The notes: generated by a model not told the origin, from the sequence alone. DNA of 64,000 nucleotides from Cetorhinus maximus (GCF_964194155.1 NC_135879.1:137268001-137332000), one strand, 5' to 3'; shown: positions 13,197-26,331, counted from the stretch's first letter. Made by a program: numbers and translations.

Positions 13197-13443
13197 GGGT
13201 GGAATCATCCCAGGGTTGCACTAAGTGTGGTAGCGGGCGGGAAAATCTATGTTTTACCCACCGGCTACAATGGCGGCTTCTCACGCTGTATTGTCCCAGT
13301 CCTGCAGCATTAATTATACATTGCCAGGAAACACGCCGTTTCGATGGTGGACGAGCCCTCATTCACCTGCTATGCCATCACCTTGCTGCTTCCTCACACC
13401 GGGCAACATACACCTCTCAGTGCTTCCAGCCCAGGGCTGCTGC

Positions 13444-15178
13444 ATGGAAGACACAGTCCCCAAAGGCAAGAAGACTGCAGCCCCTCCACCCTGGTTTAAT
13501 GATGCACGCCTTGAGCACCTTTTGGAGGCAGTGGAGGCCCACCGTGATGTCTTGTACTCTGGCTCTGGCTGTAGGAGGGGAAGCAACATAAAAAATCCAA
13601 CATGAGAGTTGGTGGCAGCGATGGTCAGCACCAATGACCTGCAAAAGAAGACAGCCACCCAGTGCTACAACAGGATGAATGGTCTCATCCATTCCGCCAG
13701 GATAAGTCACGCTTCTCATTATTCTCAACTCACACGCTCACAAACCCATCACACATCCACAGGGATCTCACACCTCAAGGACAACACCACTAACTCCCAC
13801 ACACACCCTCACATCTCCATCAGGCTCATATCTTCCGGAGCTCGCATCCTTCTCCTGTCCATGGCTCCGCTCACCACACAAAGATTCCACACAGTGCCAT
13901 GTGTCCTGCTCACACTCTCTCCATCTGCTTTCATGCAGGAGAAGCTGGCTCACAACAGTGAGGAGAGACCCCAAACTGGGGGTGGAGTGGCCCACATTAG
14001 GCCCCTCACTCACTTTGAGGAGTGTGCTATCGCACTGACTGGTGAGGATGTGGACCATGCCTGCGGTGAGGTGGGCGGCGAACACCCTCTTGAGGATCCT
14101 GCACATCATCCCGCTCTCAACACAAATGTGAGTGTCTCTCTCCAGGTTTTGACTCTGCTGCCATGCACTAATTATCTCTACTTTGGTTCACAGAGAGCTC
14201 TGCTAAACTAACGACACCCTCAGCCAGTCAGTCCCTCAGCTCCATCCAGATCCTCACTCCAGCCAAGAGGACTCTTCCTCCATTGAAGAGCTGGAAATAA
14301 GCAGCCTGGAAGACCTGTCACAGCGCTTACCCACACCCTGCACCAGTGCAGAGAGATACACCTTGGTGGGAACTAGATCTAGAGCAGACTTGGTTCACAA
14401 TCTGGTGGTCATCACATGGGCACATGTCCACAGCAGGAGGAGGCAGGTTCAGCCGAGCTCCACAGTATTCACAGGACCGCTGGGGAAGAGGCATCAGTGA
14501 CTGAGTCATATGATGAACTTCTGGATTTGGCTATCCAACTCATTGTGGAGAGTCAGCAGAAGGCGGGGAACATCACACAGAGAGGGTGGAAGCCCTCAAC
14601 ATAGTGGCTCGTGAGTCGGAGGAGTGCATCCGCCTGCTCTCTGATGAAGTGGTGCCCACATGTGCCCGTATGGAGGTCCCCATGGGGAGGATGGCGGACA
14701 TCATGGAGACCCTGGTCCAGCAGAATGTGGAGATGTGTGCAGTCCTGCACCCCATCACTGGAGCCATGGGTGAGTTCCTGCAGTGGCAATGCGAGAGGGA
14801 AACGTGGCACCTCAACGTCCCTCCAGGTGCTCCTTCCCCTCAAGGAGTCAGGCCGGGCCCCTCGGGCACCTGGAGGGAGGAGGAGCGGCAGCTGGACACC
14901 CTGAGTCACCCACTCGGGAATCTCAGAGGCTCTCCGCTCCCTCAAAGTACTCTTTGCCTGAGAACCCCTCCACCTTCTCCTCTGTCACCACAGAGGGAGT
15001 AGCTGGCCCACAGGAGGACAGCCAAAGCAAGCCCCAAGGCCTCAGGTCTCCAGAGGACCCAGGCCAAAGGCATCAATGGCAACAGGGCCAACCATTGCAC
15101 AGGCTGACTCTACCCCTGCTGCAGATGTCAGGGCCGTAATTAGAATTCTAAGGCATTCAAAAGTTAAGAAATTCTGAT
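13444..15178 (+). pseudogene. Harbinger Myb/SANT-like gene, three exons, decayed
   Basis: Exon 1 MEDTVPKGKKTAAPPPWFNDARLEHLLEAVEAHRDVLY..TQCYNRMNGLIHSAR with mutated donor ataagt. Acceptor tttcatgcag then EKLAHNSEERPQTGGGV (13939). Exon 3 follows ttcacag (~14192) and includes MEVPMGRMADIMETLVQQ. Confidence 0.8.
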
Positions 15179-15579
15179 TACAGTTGGTTGTGTGGGCGAA
15201 CACATTTTGTCACTTTATAATCTGGAAATATATTCACTTTCACTGAATAATGTGTAATGTTGTCTTTCAGCTTCACTTACAGACTTCGCAAGTCCTCCCA
15301 CTGCATCCCCCCCACCAGCAGTTCACTGCACACAGCCAGTCCCTGAGTGATTCTGGAGAGAGGAGTGTGTGTGTGTGGTAGGGCCTTTCAGAGCCTCGTG
15401 CAACCACTCGTGCATGCCGAGCCTCTCCATAGCTCACTCATCTCACTGTCCTGAGCATTTCAAATGCTGCCTGCTGGGGTTCACCTTCAGTTGTCCATCT
15501 GAGCTGAGCTGCATCTCCGCCCACCCACTGATCACACTCCCATACAGCGCCTGATCTCACCCACCACGACTTTCATTTC

Positions 15580-16500
15580 ACTTTCACTTTAGCCAGCATG
15601 GTAGTAATACAGTTTTTCTTTTGCTCCCCCATCCATTCCTCTCCCCCAGTCACCCATTTCCTTTCTCCCATCACCTACCACCTCCCCTCTGTGACATACC
15701 AGCCACAACCCTTTTCCTTCAGGGATGCCCAGGTTAACGTGCATATTCCCTTCCTTCCCAAAAATCCCACCCCCATCCACGTTAACCTCCCTGACCTCCT
15801 TCCTAACCCCAGAGTTCATGTCTGCCTCTGAGACCCACCAATCACCTTCATCATCCCTTCTACTGATACCATTGAACCTTCACCCTCCCACCATACCACC
15901 TCTCTCTGCCCTCGGTCATTCTCACCATTCCCTTGTACCATGGCTACCCTCAGTTCATTCCCCACGAGACTGTCATGGACTCATCAGAGCCCTCCCACCT
16001 TCGCACGGTCACCTGGGCACGCCCCACTCTGTACTCCTTCCCTTCTTGGAACTTCTTCCTCCACCAGGACTCCCCCACCTTAGCCCACCCCCCCACCGGA
16101 CCCCCCCTCAACCCAGGACTCCCCCACCGACCTTAGTCCTTCCCCTTTCCTGACTCCTTCAGACACCCTTACTTCCTCCCCCACCCTTACTTCTCCCTCC
16201 ACTCTTACTCCTTCTCCTCTCTACACTCCTTCCCCCCTCCAAACTCCTTCCTTTACACCTTCACCCCCCCCCACACCTAATCCCCAGTTCCTATCTTCTT
16301 CCCGTAACCCCCTCCTCCACCCCCCCATAGCCCCTCCCCCGCAACCTCTCCCCAACACTGTTGTTCCCTCTCCCAACCTCAACTCCCCAATATCTTTGTT
16401 CCCCCCCTCCCTACCTGCTGTCACCTAACACCTCTTCCTCTCCTGCCTCCGGTCATCTTCCTCTCCCAAACGCAGGTGGACCTTCCTCTCCATCCCCTCA
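15580..16500. repeat. C/T-rich low-complexity tract within Harbinger B
   Basis: Long pyrimidine- and C-rich runs. Similar tracts occur at 3720-3900 and 62730-63240 in other Harbinger copies. Confidence 0.8.
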
Positions 16501-16995
16501 ATCATCATCAGCTGTGAGCAAACCCTGAATGGTGACTTTCCACCTTCCATAAGCAGCTTTGCGTTTGAGCCATGCCCATGAGAATCCATCTAGCATGGAG
16601 GATGTTCCTCCAGGGCCCGTTGCTTTCGGGCTCCAGCATCATCTGCTCCTTGGATGTCCGCGATGTGAGCAAGGCCCTGGTGGTATGTCCCAACTTCTGC
16701 ATGTCACACTTGTCAAGACGTGTTCTACACCAGCGTGTTTTCCTGCCGATATCGGCAGACGATCCAGTGTAGGGGATGATTCTGGCGGGCTGGCCTTAAA
16801 CTGATATGCAGATGTATTACAATGAGGTTTTTGATGTCCGATGGTAGGAAAAGAGGTTCACCATTGATGGGCAGAGTGGATGATTGCAAACTGATTTCAT
16901 GACGTTGTGAAACCGATTTTTGGCCTTCTCGCCATATTGTCCGCTCACACCGCTGAACACGCCCGATACCAGCGGGCAGGGAAATTCCTCCCAGC

Positions 16996-17455
16996 ATGTC
17001 TTTAACCTTCCAGAGAAACTTTTGACAGGGCTTTAGTCAAGGGGAAAATCCAAACAAAATGTTGAGAACAACACCAGAAACTCTCCATTGCATTCAGTGA
17101 CCTGACCAAAGCATTTGACTCATTAAATTGCTTGTCTCTGGGGATTGTGCTCCAACACCAACAATTTGGATGTCCAAAAAACTTCATCACAATTCTACAA
17201 TTGCTTTATTGTGATATGACTGCAACTGCCTTGAGTGAGAGATCTGAAACAGTTCCCTTCAAAATCTGGACCAGTGTCAAGCAAGACTTTCTGATAGCAC
17301 ATGTACTATTTACAATCTACCTGACCATGGCTATTCACCTCATCAACTGCCCTTGGGTATCAGTATTAAAAACAATCTAGATAGAAAACTCTTTAACCTT
17401 GGTTGCCCCTGTGCCAAAACTAAGCTGACCACAGAGCTACAGCTTACCAATGACT
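16996..17455 (+). mobile_element. RTE-clade LINE, RT segment 2
   Basis: IAFSDLTKAFDSLN, FGCPKNFITILQLLYCDM, TSVKQDFLIAHVLFTIYL, then ELQLTND (decayed ELQYADD). Confidence 0.85.
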
Positions 17456-18977
17456 TGTCACGAGGCTATGCTCCTTATTTTTGGAAAATATGATTTTTCA
17501 ACTTTTCACATCCCAAGGTGAGGGTGATAAACAAACAAGTCACCTCAGGGGAATGTGAAGAAAGAGCTATTTCCTATAATCAAGATACCCATCAAAACTT
17601 GTAACTGTCTAAGGGAGAGACATTAAAAATGAAATGTACTGGATATTGAAATTATGGCTGCCACAAACAGACTCACCCAAAACCTCTTGGAAATGCACAA
17701 TGTGTGAAGTGTTTCAAGGCAAGGCTGCCCAGCCATATTGCAGCTGGTTTCAGGAAAGCCTGCAGTAGAGGAAAGAGGCTGAAGGCTGCTTTCTCTCCCT
17801 CTCTCCCTTTTGGAATAAGAGTGTCACCTGATCTGAGATGCCAATGGTACCAGAAACCTACCAATGAACCGAGATCTCATAATAATTGTAACATCTTCCA
17901 CATATGACCGCATCCAAGAGCGGGGGGTGGGGCCCACTCACCGATGCGTAAAATGACACAGGGTGACATCTGGTGGGCGTCCCGACGTCACTCCGCATCA
18001 TTTAGATTCTCAGGTCGGCAGGCGCGCATCTGTCTTGGCCGCTCGCCAGCCAACCTGTCAACGGCCTATTAAGGCCATTAAAAAAGTAATTAAAATCATT
18101 AATAGACCTGCCCGTCCAACCTTAAGGTTGGCGGGCAGGCCGGGAGCCCTAGCGGGCTTCTGAAAAAACATGAAACCACGAGCGGGTTGAGGTTTCATGA
18201 GAGATTTTAAGAATTCAGAATATTTTAAAATAAAAGTTATGGGCATGTCCCAACTCATGTGACAGTGTCACATGAGGGGACATGGCAGCAAAATCTTTTT
18301 CTCATCTTTATTTAATGTTTGAAACATGTGACGATCTCCCTGAGGCAGCACTTTGCCTCAAGGAGATCTGTGTGCTCTTTTGCGCACATGCGCAAAAGAG
18401 TGCACTCCCAGCTTAGGGAATCCCCCCGCCCCACTTCCGCACAGGGAGCACATTGCACTCCCTGGCAGACATCACACTGGGTGGGCCTTAATTGGCCTGC
18501 CCATGTAAAATGGTGGCGCAGCCCCGACCAGAGGCACCGATCGGGAACTTGCCCGCCCATGCCTGCTCCCACACATCCCCCCAATGGGGGGAAAATGTTG
18601 CCCCAGCTAACCTAAATTGGCCACCACACTTAAAATCTACACCTCAAGGATGATTAAAGGGCAGTTAACCATATTCTTTTATTTTTTCTTTTATATTTTC
18701 TTATTTGACTCTAACTCCCCTTATTTCTGAATAGCGTGTGTGTGTGGGGTGTGTGTGTGAAATGATTGTAGGAGGGCTGAATGTTTGATGTTGCATTTTT
18801 ATTATTTTTCTCAAGAAAACTTTGTTTGGTTGTCTCCTTATTGCTCACAGCTTAAATAGTTAAATACGTTCTGATTTGGAAAGGACATATCGTTGCGAAA
18901 AAGAAACTTAAACCTTTGTTGTGACCAACAGAGGTTGAATAGAGAACTAATTCACTCCTTCTCACCTGGTTGTAAGA
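17456..18977 (+). repeat. 5' LTR of the Gmr1-like element (contains a MITE)
   Basis: Colinear with 26332-27322 except for the MITE at about 17920-18603. Confidence 0.85.
17920..18603. mobile_element. Harbinger MITE, left end missing
   Basis: Right TIR GAAAATGTTGCCC followed by CAG. Absent from the 3' LTR, which reads aagaaacagctaac. Confidence 0.85.
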
Positions 18978-18980
18978 AAA

Positions 18981-19000
18981 TTGGAGGCTTGCGTCTGGAA
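18981..19000 (+). promoter_or_regulatory. Primer-binding site, tRNA-Pro-like
   Basis: TTGGAGGCTTGCGTCTGGAA directly after the 5' LTR resembles the canonical Pro PBS TGGGGGCTCGTCCGGGAT. Confidence 0.6.
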
Positions 19001-19119
19001 TTGTTCCCACAGACTGATGAAAGAATTGGAGTGGGAAAAGTGAATTGTTCCTTCAAAAGCAATTTTAAAAACTGCAAATGGTTTTCTTGGGTCTGCAATA
19101 CTAAAGTGTTAAAACGTCC

Positions 19120-20800
19120 CCGTTGGATGTCAATGCTTTTATGGGACAGGGTGATATAACTGCCGAGAAGTTAAGGGCACTGTCCTTTGAAAAATTAAAA
19201 GGTGCAGTTAGAGGTGGAGTTCTGCTCGAGAGCCAGAAAAACGGGTATTTTAAAACGGGCGGTGGAACATCTCGAGGTGGAAATTGAGGACACTGAAGCA
19301 GATAAATTAGCGGCAGAGAAATTAAGATTGTAGCAGTGGAAATTGGCCCTGGTGTTTGAGCAAAGGGAAAAGAGAGACAGAGGCAGGCATGGGAGAAAGA
19401 GAGAGAAAGACAGGAATGGAAGGAGGAGAGAGAAATCCAGGAAAGGGAAAGAGAAAAAGAAAGGGAGTTTAAATAAAACAGCTCGAGCTGAGCAGGAAGG
19501 ATGCCACTGTGCCGACTGAAGCCACCCCTCATGAGGGAACCACCACTAGCTCAGATTTAAGGGCTGAGGTATTCAAGTTTGCCTAGTTAATCCTTACGTT
19601 TGATGACGAAGAGGTGGACGTCTTCTTTATCTCCTTTGAAAGGTTAACACAGCAGTTTAAGTGGCCAGACCAACACTGGTCCCTGCTGTTGCTGAGTAAG
19701 CTGACAGGAAAGTTCATGAGATTAACTCCCTCTTGCCTGAAAAAAGTGCAATTAGCTATGAGGCAACAAAATGGGCTATTTTAAGTGTGTACCAGTTAGT
19801 GCCAGAGGCGTACAGATGGAAATTCCGTACCCTCAGGAAGTGGCCTAGCCCAGAGGTATCTGGAATTTGAATAGCTTAAGCAGCTCGCTTTTGACTGGTA
19901 GTTATGGGCACTTAAAATTGAGGCCACCTAGGAATACTTTTTTGAGATAATTCTCCTTGGGGAGCTAAGCCCTCCATAACCCTCTGGATAAGAACTCACA
20001 TAAAGAAACAGGAGCCAGACAGGCATCAACCCGGACTGATGATTGTGAGCTTGTCCACAAAGCCTCATCCCAAAGGAAACCTTTCTCTCACCCCGAACCA
20101 ACTGAGAATGATAGGTGGGAGAGCAATAGGAAACTGAGCATCCTTGGGGGAGAAGGGACAGCTGAAAACACAGGAGGTCCTCCTCAGGCCAGAAAGGATG
20201 GTGCTGAGAAGAGGGGTAAGGCTAAGAAGCCGGTGTGTTTGAACCGCCACAAGGCAGAACACCTCCGTGCTGATTTCTGTAGGTTACAGGAAGAACCGAT
20301 GGGATTTGTTGGGGTATCCAGACCCCATGCAGAAAATGGGAGTCAAATAAAGAGCTAAGCAAACCAGGATATGGCCTTGGCTGGCAGCAAATCCCTGTCG
20401 ACGCATTACGGTGAGTGCAGAGTTTTTAAAAATCCTTGAGAGTTACAAGGATTTTGTATCCGAAGGAAGAGTGGCCACATTTTCCCAGAGCAAGGCGGGT
20501 AAGACTATAGTGATACTGAGGGACACAGGGCCCAGCCAAACTAAACAGCTGGAAAAAGGTATGACCTTTCAACCAGAGAGCGCAGTAAGTGCCAAGGTGT
20601 TGGTAAAGGGTATTGAAGTAGGATTCATGCCCAAATCCTTATATCTGGTGCTCCTGGAGTGCAACCTTGCGTCAGGACAGGTGATAGCAGAGTCGTCCCC
20701 AGTTTCCCCGTAGATGGAGTCACCCTGCTCCTCACCAATGACATTGGCAAAATCAAAAGTGATAGCATCACCAGTAGTCTCAGAGAAACTCACCAAGGTC
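19120..20800 (+). pseudogene. Gypsy gag (SCAN-like, decayed CCHC knuckle) and protease
   Basis: FFISFERLTQQFKWPDQHWSLLLLSKLTGK and LVPEAYRWKFRTLRK (SCAN/capsid-like), KPVCLNRHKAEHLRADF (knuckle remnant), IVILRDTGPSQT (aspartic protease). Confidence 0.75.
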
Positions 20801-21099
20801 AGAGAGACAGAATAGCTGCAGGAGAAAGTGCCTTGCATTTTGCTGGACTATGTGGTAACCCAGTCTATGGCCAGACAAACTCTGTCAAAGGAGGCTGAAG
20901 TGGCACTGCAGACAGATGGCCCTATTGTCTGGTTATCTGAGGCTCTTTTTGAGAGTTTAGAGGTACCTAAGGAAGTAATAAACAGGTCATCTTTGGTTGC
21001 AGCTCAGCAAGCCAACCGATTGTTAAAAAGATTAGCTCAGGATGCCCAAACTGAAGCTGAGGCACAGGCAATTCCCCTAAATGCTACAGTAAAAATAAA

Positions 21100-22916
21100 G
21101 TGCTGATGCAGAAATGGAGAACCCTTCACAGGGCTTCACAGGAGTGAACAGTGATCCACCAGATAGTGATGCCATGAGGTACCATGGGAAATATGAAGCC
21201 TAGCTAATGAAATTATGATGGTTGGACATGTTTTTTAAAAATTCATTCACAGGATGTGGGCTTCACTGGCTGGGCCAGTGTTTATTGCCCATCCCTAGTT
21301 GCCCTTGAGAAGGTGATGGTGAGCTGCCTTCTTGAACTGCTGCAGCCCATGTGGTGTAAGTACACCCACAATGCTGTTAGGAAGGGAGTTCCAGGATTTT
21401 GACCCAGTGACAGTGAAGGAATAGCGATATATTTCCAAGTCAGGATGGTGAGTGACTTAGAGGGGATCTTCCAGTTGGTGGCATTCCCAACTATCTGCTG
21501 TCCTTCTGCTTTGTCCTTCTAGATGGTAGTGGTTGTAGGTTTGGAAGGTGTTGTCTAAGGAGCCTTGGTGAATTCCTGCAGTATATCTGGTAGATGGTAC
21601 ACACTGCTGCTACTGTGCGTCGGTGGTGGAGGGAGTGAATGTTTGTGGATGTGGTGCCATCAAGCGGGCTGTTTTGTCCTGGATAGTGTCAAGCTTCTTG
21701 AATGTTGTGGGAGCTGCACTCATCCAGGCAAGTGGAGATTATTCCATCACACTCCTGACTTGTGCCTTGTATTCAGGCTTTGGGGAATGAGGAGGTGAGT
21801 TACTCGCCACACGATTCCTAATCTCTGACCTGCTCTTGTAGCCACAGTATTTATATGGCTAGTCCAGTTCAATTTCTGGTCAATGGTAACCCCCAGGATG
21901 TTGATAGTGGGGGATTCAGTGATGGTAATGCCGTTGAACATCAAGTGGCGATTGTTGGATTCTCTCTTGTTGGAGATGGGAATACAAAAAATATAGTGTA
22001 CAAAAAACCCAAGCCTGCACCAGCCAGCACTTTTACTCATCACACACCACCAGGATGTGGTAAGGTTTTGCAGAACCTGCCAGAACTGCCAGGTTGTGAG
22101 AAAACCCCAGCCTGCAATAAAACCTGCAGCTATGATCCCCGTGCCAGCTTTTGGGGAACCATTCAGCAGGGTACTAGTGGACAGTGTGGGGCCCCTGCCC
22201 AAAAAAAAGGGGGTTACTGCTATATCCTTAACATCATGGACATGGCTATCTGTTTCCCAGAGGTCATTCCCCTGAAAATCAGATCTGCCAAAACAGTGGT
22301 GAGGGAATTAGTAACATTTTTTACCAAGTATTGACTGCCCACTGAGATTCAGCCGGATCACGGCTCAAGTTTCATGTCCTGAATATCCCAGGGAGTCATG
22401 GGTAACCTGGGCGTGACCCAGCTGAAGTCTTCATTGCATCACCCGCAGTTGCAGGGGGCACTATAATGGTCCCACCAGACCCTAAAAACAATGACCAGGG
22501 TACACTGGCATGAGTACCCCCATGACTGGAAAAAAGGACTAGGTTTTCTTCTATATGCTATCAGGGACTCGCCCAACAAGTCCACCGGTTTTACTCAATT
22601 TGAATTGGTTTACAGACACTAAGTTGAGAGGTCTCATGAAACTAATTAAGGGGACATTTTTAGAACAGAAGGAGGAAGTCTCCATGTTAGACTACGTAAC
22701 CGTGTTCTGTGAGCGACTCACAAGACCTTGTGTTGTGGCATAAGAACATTTAAAAATCTTCCAAGCAGCCATGAAGAAACAGGCAGGCAAACATACTAGG
22801 GCCCAAACTTTACAGCCAGGAGATTATATGCTAGTGTTCCCACCAATACTGAATGAACCCCTAAAAGCCCAGTGCAGTGGTCTGTACAGAGTAGCAAAGA
22901 AGCTTGGGGAGGTAAA
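21100..22916 (+). pseudogene. Gypsy integrase (interrupted by a LINE)
   Basis: VVRFCRTCQNCQVVRKP..IPVPAFGEPFSRVLVDSVGPLPK, EIQPDHGSSFMS, HHPQLQGAL, and a GPY/F-like GEVNYLIETP spanning the solo LTR. Confidence 0.85.
21230..21980 (-). mobile_element. CR1/L2-group LINE, 5'-truncated
   Basis: Minus-strand FNGITITESPTINILGVTIDQKLNWTSHINTVATRAGQRLGI. The 3' tail appears as a T-run at about 21230. Confidence 0.9.
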
Positions 22917-23300
22917 TGTAGTATAAGTGTCTGCTCATATAGGGTTAATGTGGGGCTGAGTACAGTACTGCCCACACAGTTATGTAAGAGAACAGATCAC
23001 CCACATCTGGGGGCCAGTCTAGTGTTAGACAGAGCTGTGTGTACCAGCAAGCATGGAGGCAGCTCCTAGTTTGAACCCTTTACTCTATAAGTACATACTA
23101 ATTAGGAGCATGCGTAGGCCACTCGGCCCATTGAGGCTGCTCCACCATTCAATAAGATCATGGCTAATCTGATTGCAACCTCAACTCCATATGTATATAT
23201 GTACATAGTTCTTGTAGTTAATAAATACATATTGTTAACCTATTTAGGACCACTTAGCCAGCATTAAGACCTATCAAATGACATCCAACACCCGACAACA
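22917..23300 (+). mobile_element. Solo LTR with perfect 5-bp TSD
   Basis: TGTAG...CAACA flanked by GTAAA at 22912-22916 and 23301-23305. AATAAA at about 23220. Contains a CR1 tail fragment at about 23092-23190. Confidence 0.85.
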
Positions 23301-23367
23301 GTAAACTATCTAATTGAAACCCCATACCACAGGAAGGCTGCCACCGAAGGATGCAAAAGCCTTGCCA

Positions 23368-24069
23368 ATGGAGACCATAGCAGGTAGACACAGCAGGCAG
23401 GACAGCAGGCTGGCAGGGCAGTCTGCTCCGGGTTTCTCAGACGAGTGCCTTGCAGTCCTCCTGGAGGAGGTGGCAGCGATGAGGGAAACTCTTTTCCCCA
23501 GGAACGGGAGGAGGAGGCCCTCTTACCTCACCAGAAATACCTGGGAGGAGGTGGCATCCAGGGTCACCTGCCACGACATGGTGAGGCGCACATGGGTCCA
23601 GTGCTGGAAGTACTTCAATGATCTCCTGCGATCAGTAAGGGCGAATACCGTGTTGGCATGGATCACTTTGCAAAGCAGTTAAGAGCCGCCTAACCCCCGT
23701 GGACCTCAGAGGTGTTAGAGTGTGAGTGCCAAATGTCAGTGAGGCAGGAACTGGTCAAGGGGGTGAGCTCTGGCTGCTTGGACTGAGTGCCTTGCAGCTC
23801 CAGGGTCACAAATGGGCTGCGCCCTGCCAGGTGTTCCTCAGGTGGGGTTGGCCAGGCTGCAATGGCGCTGCAGGTAGAGAGTGGACTAATCAATGCTCCT
23901 CTGTCATTTCAGGAGAAAACATCCCATAACAATGCTGAGAGGTTGTGGATTGACGGGGGACCCCTACACCTCCTCATCCCCTCACGATACGAGCTGGAGG
24001 CCCTGGAGCTGGAGAGTTGCAATACACCTCGGTCAAGCAGCCACAGTGTGGTTGGGGTGCCAGAGGGAG
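23368..24069 (+). pseudogene. Harbinger Myb/SANT-like gene, exons 1-2
   Basis: SAPGFSDECLAVLLEEVAAMRETLFPRNGRRRP..WEEVASRV..RRTWVQCWKYFNDLLRS; acceptor catttcag then EKTSHNNAERLWIDGG; donor ggtaag at about 24070. Confidence 0.85.
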
Positions 24070-24292
24070 GTAAGAGTGCAGTGCACTGAGGTGGACATGT
24101 ATCTCCTGAAACTTAATTGCAAAGGTATATAGTTTATGTTGTTGACCAAGGAACTGGTCCTGTCAGGGATCGAGCATGGAGCCTGCAGCCCTGACATGTA
24201 GTGGTGGTTCTTATTTAGCAGTCTAGCTGAAGGAGTGTTGGAATAAAGTGTCCCGGTGTCCCTGTCTCCCTGTAGGTTACCCAGGTCTGTGT

Positions 24293-24960
24293 CTATGCCC
24301 TCATGAGCCTCCTTTTCATGTGATAGCCCTTGTCACCCAGCAGCCATCCATCCAGCCGGGATGGAGCACTGAAGACCCCTGGCACCTGGGAGTGTCTCAG
24401 GATGTAAGTGTCATGGGAGCTGCCTGGGTACCTTGCACAGACTTGTAGAATCTGCATCCTGTGGTCACACACTATCTGCACGTTCATGGAGTGGAAGCCC
24501 TTCCTGTTGACAATGGCACCCTGCTGACCAACTGGTCCCTTGTTGGCCACACGTGTGCAGTTGATTGCACCCTGGACGTGGGGAACCCAACAATCACTGC
24601 GAAGCTTCTGGTTCGCTCTATCTGGCTGGTCTAATCCATATGGAAATGAATGAAAGTCAATGCACACCTGAACAGAGCGTTTGTCACCAGTTTGACCCAA
24701 CTATGGACAGCTGATTGGGACACTCCACACAGATCCCCCACTGACCCCTGGAAAGAGCCGGAGGCATAGAAATTGAGGGCCACTGTGTCCTTCAGAGCCA
24801 CTGGTATGGGGTGTCAACCCACACAGTCGGAGCTGATCTCAGGGCCGATCATCTGACAGATGGAGGTCATTGTCTCCCTTGAGAGATGGAGCCTCTTTCG
24901 GCACTGCACCTCAGACATATTGAGGTAGCTGCATTGCCGCCTGTAAACCCTAGCAGCAGG
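24293..24960 (-). pseudogene. HARBI1-like transposase fragment
   Basis: PHVQGAINCTRVA..VNRKGFHSMNVQIVCDH..VCARYPGSSHDTYIL..GWLLGDKGY. Confidence 0.92.
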
Positions 24961-25646
24961 ATAATGGTGTCTTTTTCAGCCCCTTCTGCCTTGGACTTCC
25001 CGTTGTCCCTGTGCCCCTCGTGCCTGCGCCTCTCCTCCCACAGGTTGCGCCTCTGGAAACTGCACTGGGACATCTGGCCTCCTCTCCCTTCTGCCCCTCC
25101 CTTCTTCCTCAGAGGAGGTGTGTCCAGTGGAGAGCACAATCCCCATTTCCAGGGTAAGGGAAGGCTGGCTGATACCTGAAAGGCCTCCCGTGGTGTGAAT
25201 GCTCTGCGTGTCTGGAAAGCAACAGTGAACTGAAGCCTCTACAACATGTGAATGAAGCTCTGAAGCAAAATGAAGCTGTCCTGTTCACAGAAGCAACCAG
25301 CAGCAAGTGATATCCTGCATTCCTCACTAATCACTTTGACAAGGCCACTTACCCCTCTTATCCCGCCCATGGATGAGGTTTTGCAAATTGTGGCCTGCCT
25401 GCCTGCTCGTTTTGCCCATGTGATGGCCTAAAAGCTATGTAAAGTCGGAGACAATTGGTGTCTCAAGGGCCTTAACTGGCAACTTAATTAATGGCGGGCG
25501 CACCTCCATTCCCATTGCGCGCCCACCTAGCGAAATATCATGAGAGTGTGCTTTGACGCCGGCATGCTCGGCCAACGTCAACGTGCTTTATTTAACGCTC
25601 GAGCGGTTTGGGCACGTGCCCGCCTGCCAAGCTAAAAATTCTGCCT

Positions 25647-26200
25647 CATGAGATTTTTAGGGATGTGTGGGGTCTACCTCAAGTTTTCCCCAAACTTCAG
25701 CACTGCAGCTGCCCCGCTGACCTACCAGAGAAGAAAGCAAAAGTAGTATAGACTGAGAAATGCTTGATAGCTTTTGAAAAGCCATTTTAATAAACAAGCC
25801 AGTACTAGCCGCTCCAGACTTTAACTAAGTATTTAAAATAGACATTGATGCTAGTGACCTTGGGGTTCAGGCTGTCTTCCTCCAGGAGGATGAATCAGGA
25901 ATAAAGACACCAATTGGGTACTTCTCAAAAAAAACTGAACAAACATCAGAAACAAGGTAGAAATGGAAACCTGAGGTTTATTACTAGCTCTCAAACTATT
26001 TGAGATATATGCCCAAAATGGATGCGGGTGGAGGGTACAGTCTATACCGATCACAACCCTGTGACCTTGATGGGGAAATTTGAAACTCAGAATGCAAGGT
26101 TATTTTGTTGGATTGGCTTCAGCAACCATATCACCTAAAAACTATCGACACTGCAGGGAAATTAAATGTGATTGCGGATGCCCTGTCCAGAACTTAGAGA
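25647..26200 (+). pseudogene. Gypsy RT C-terminus and RNase H
   Basis: RFLGMCG..PNFSTAAAPLT, PVLAAPDF, FKIDIDASDLG, YTDHNP, NVIADALSR. Confidence 0.85.
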
Positions 26201-26331
26201 CCCAATTAGAACTGATGTGATAATCCAGACCAAGGCTAAAAGGTGAATGTGTTTTTTCTTTGTTTTGTGTTATCTACCTTGTAATGAAATGAGAGTGCAT
26301 CTCATTTCATTTTCTTTTTGTGATAGGGAAG

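Larger units (their letters stand above)
13197..16992. mobile_element. Harbinger element (copy B) with Myb/SANT gene and no detectable transposase
   Basis: TIRs GGGTGGAATCATCCC and GGGAAATTCCTCCC, flanks AGT/AGC. Splits the RTE reading frame at EEILPGTQ. Confidence 0.8.
23326..25646. mobile_element. Harbinger element (copy C), left end and centre deleted
   Basis: Right TIR AAAATTCTGCCT, with convergent Myb/SANT (+) and transposase (-) genes. Sits where the Gypsy RT core should be. Confidence 0.8.

Noticed and set aside
13609-14211. 200-aa ORF as an intact gene
   Set aside because: It reads through intron sequence of a decayed Harbinger Myb/SANT gene that has an upstream stop and a mutated donor.
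15725-16424. Pro-rich and Gly-rich ORFs (also 62588-63287)
   Set aside because: Products of C-rich low-complexity DNA.
19101-19532. 143-aa minus-strand ORF
   Set aside because: Antisense to the GA-rich coiled-coil part of the Gypsy gag.
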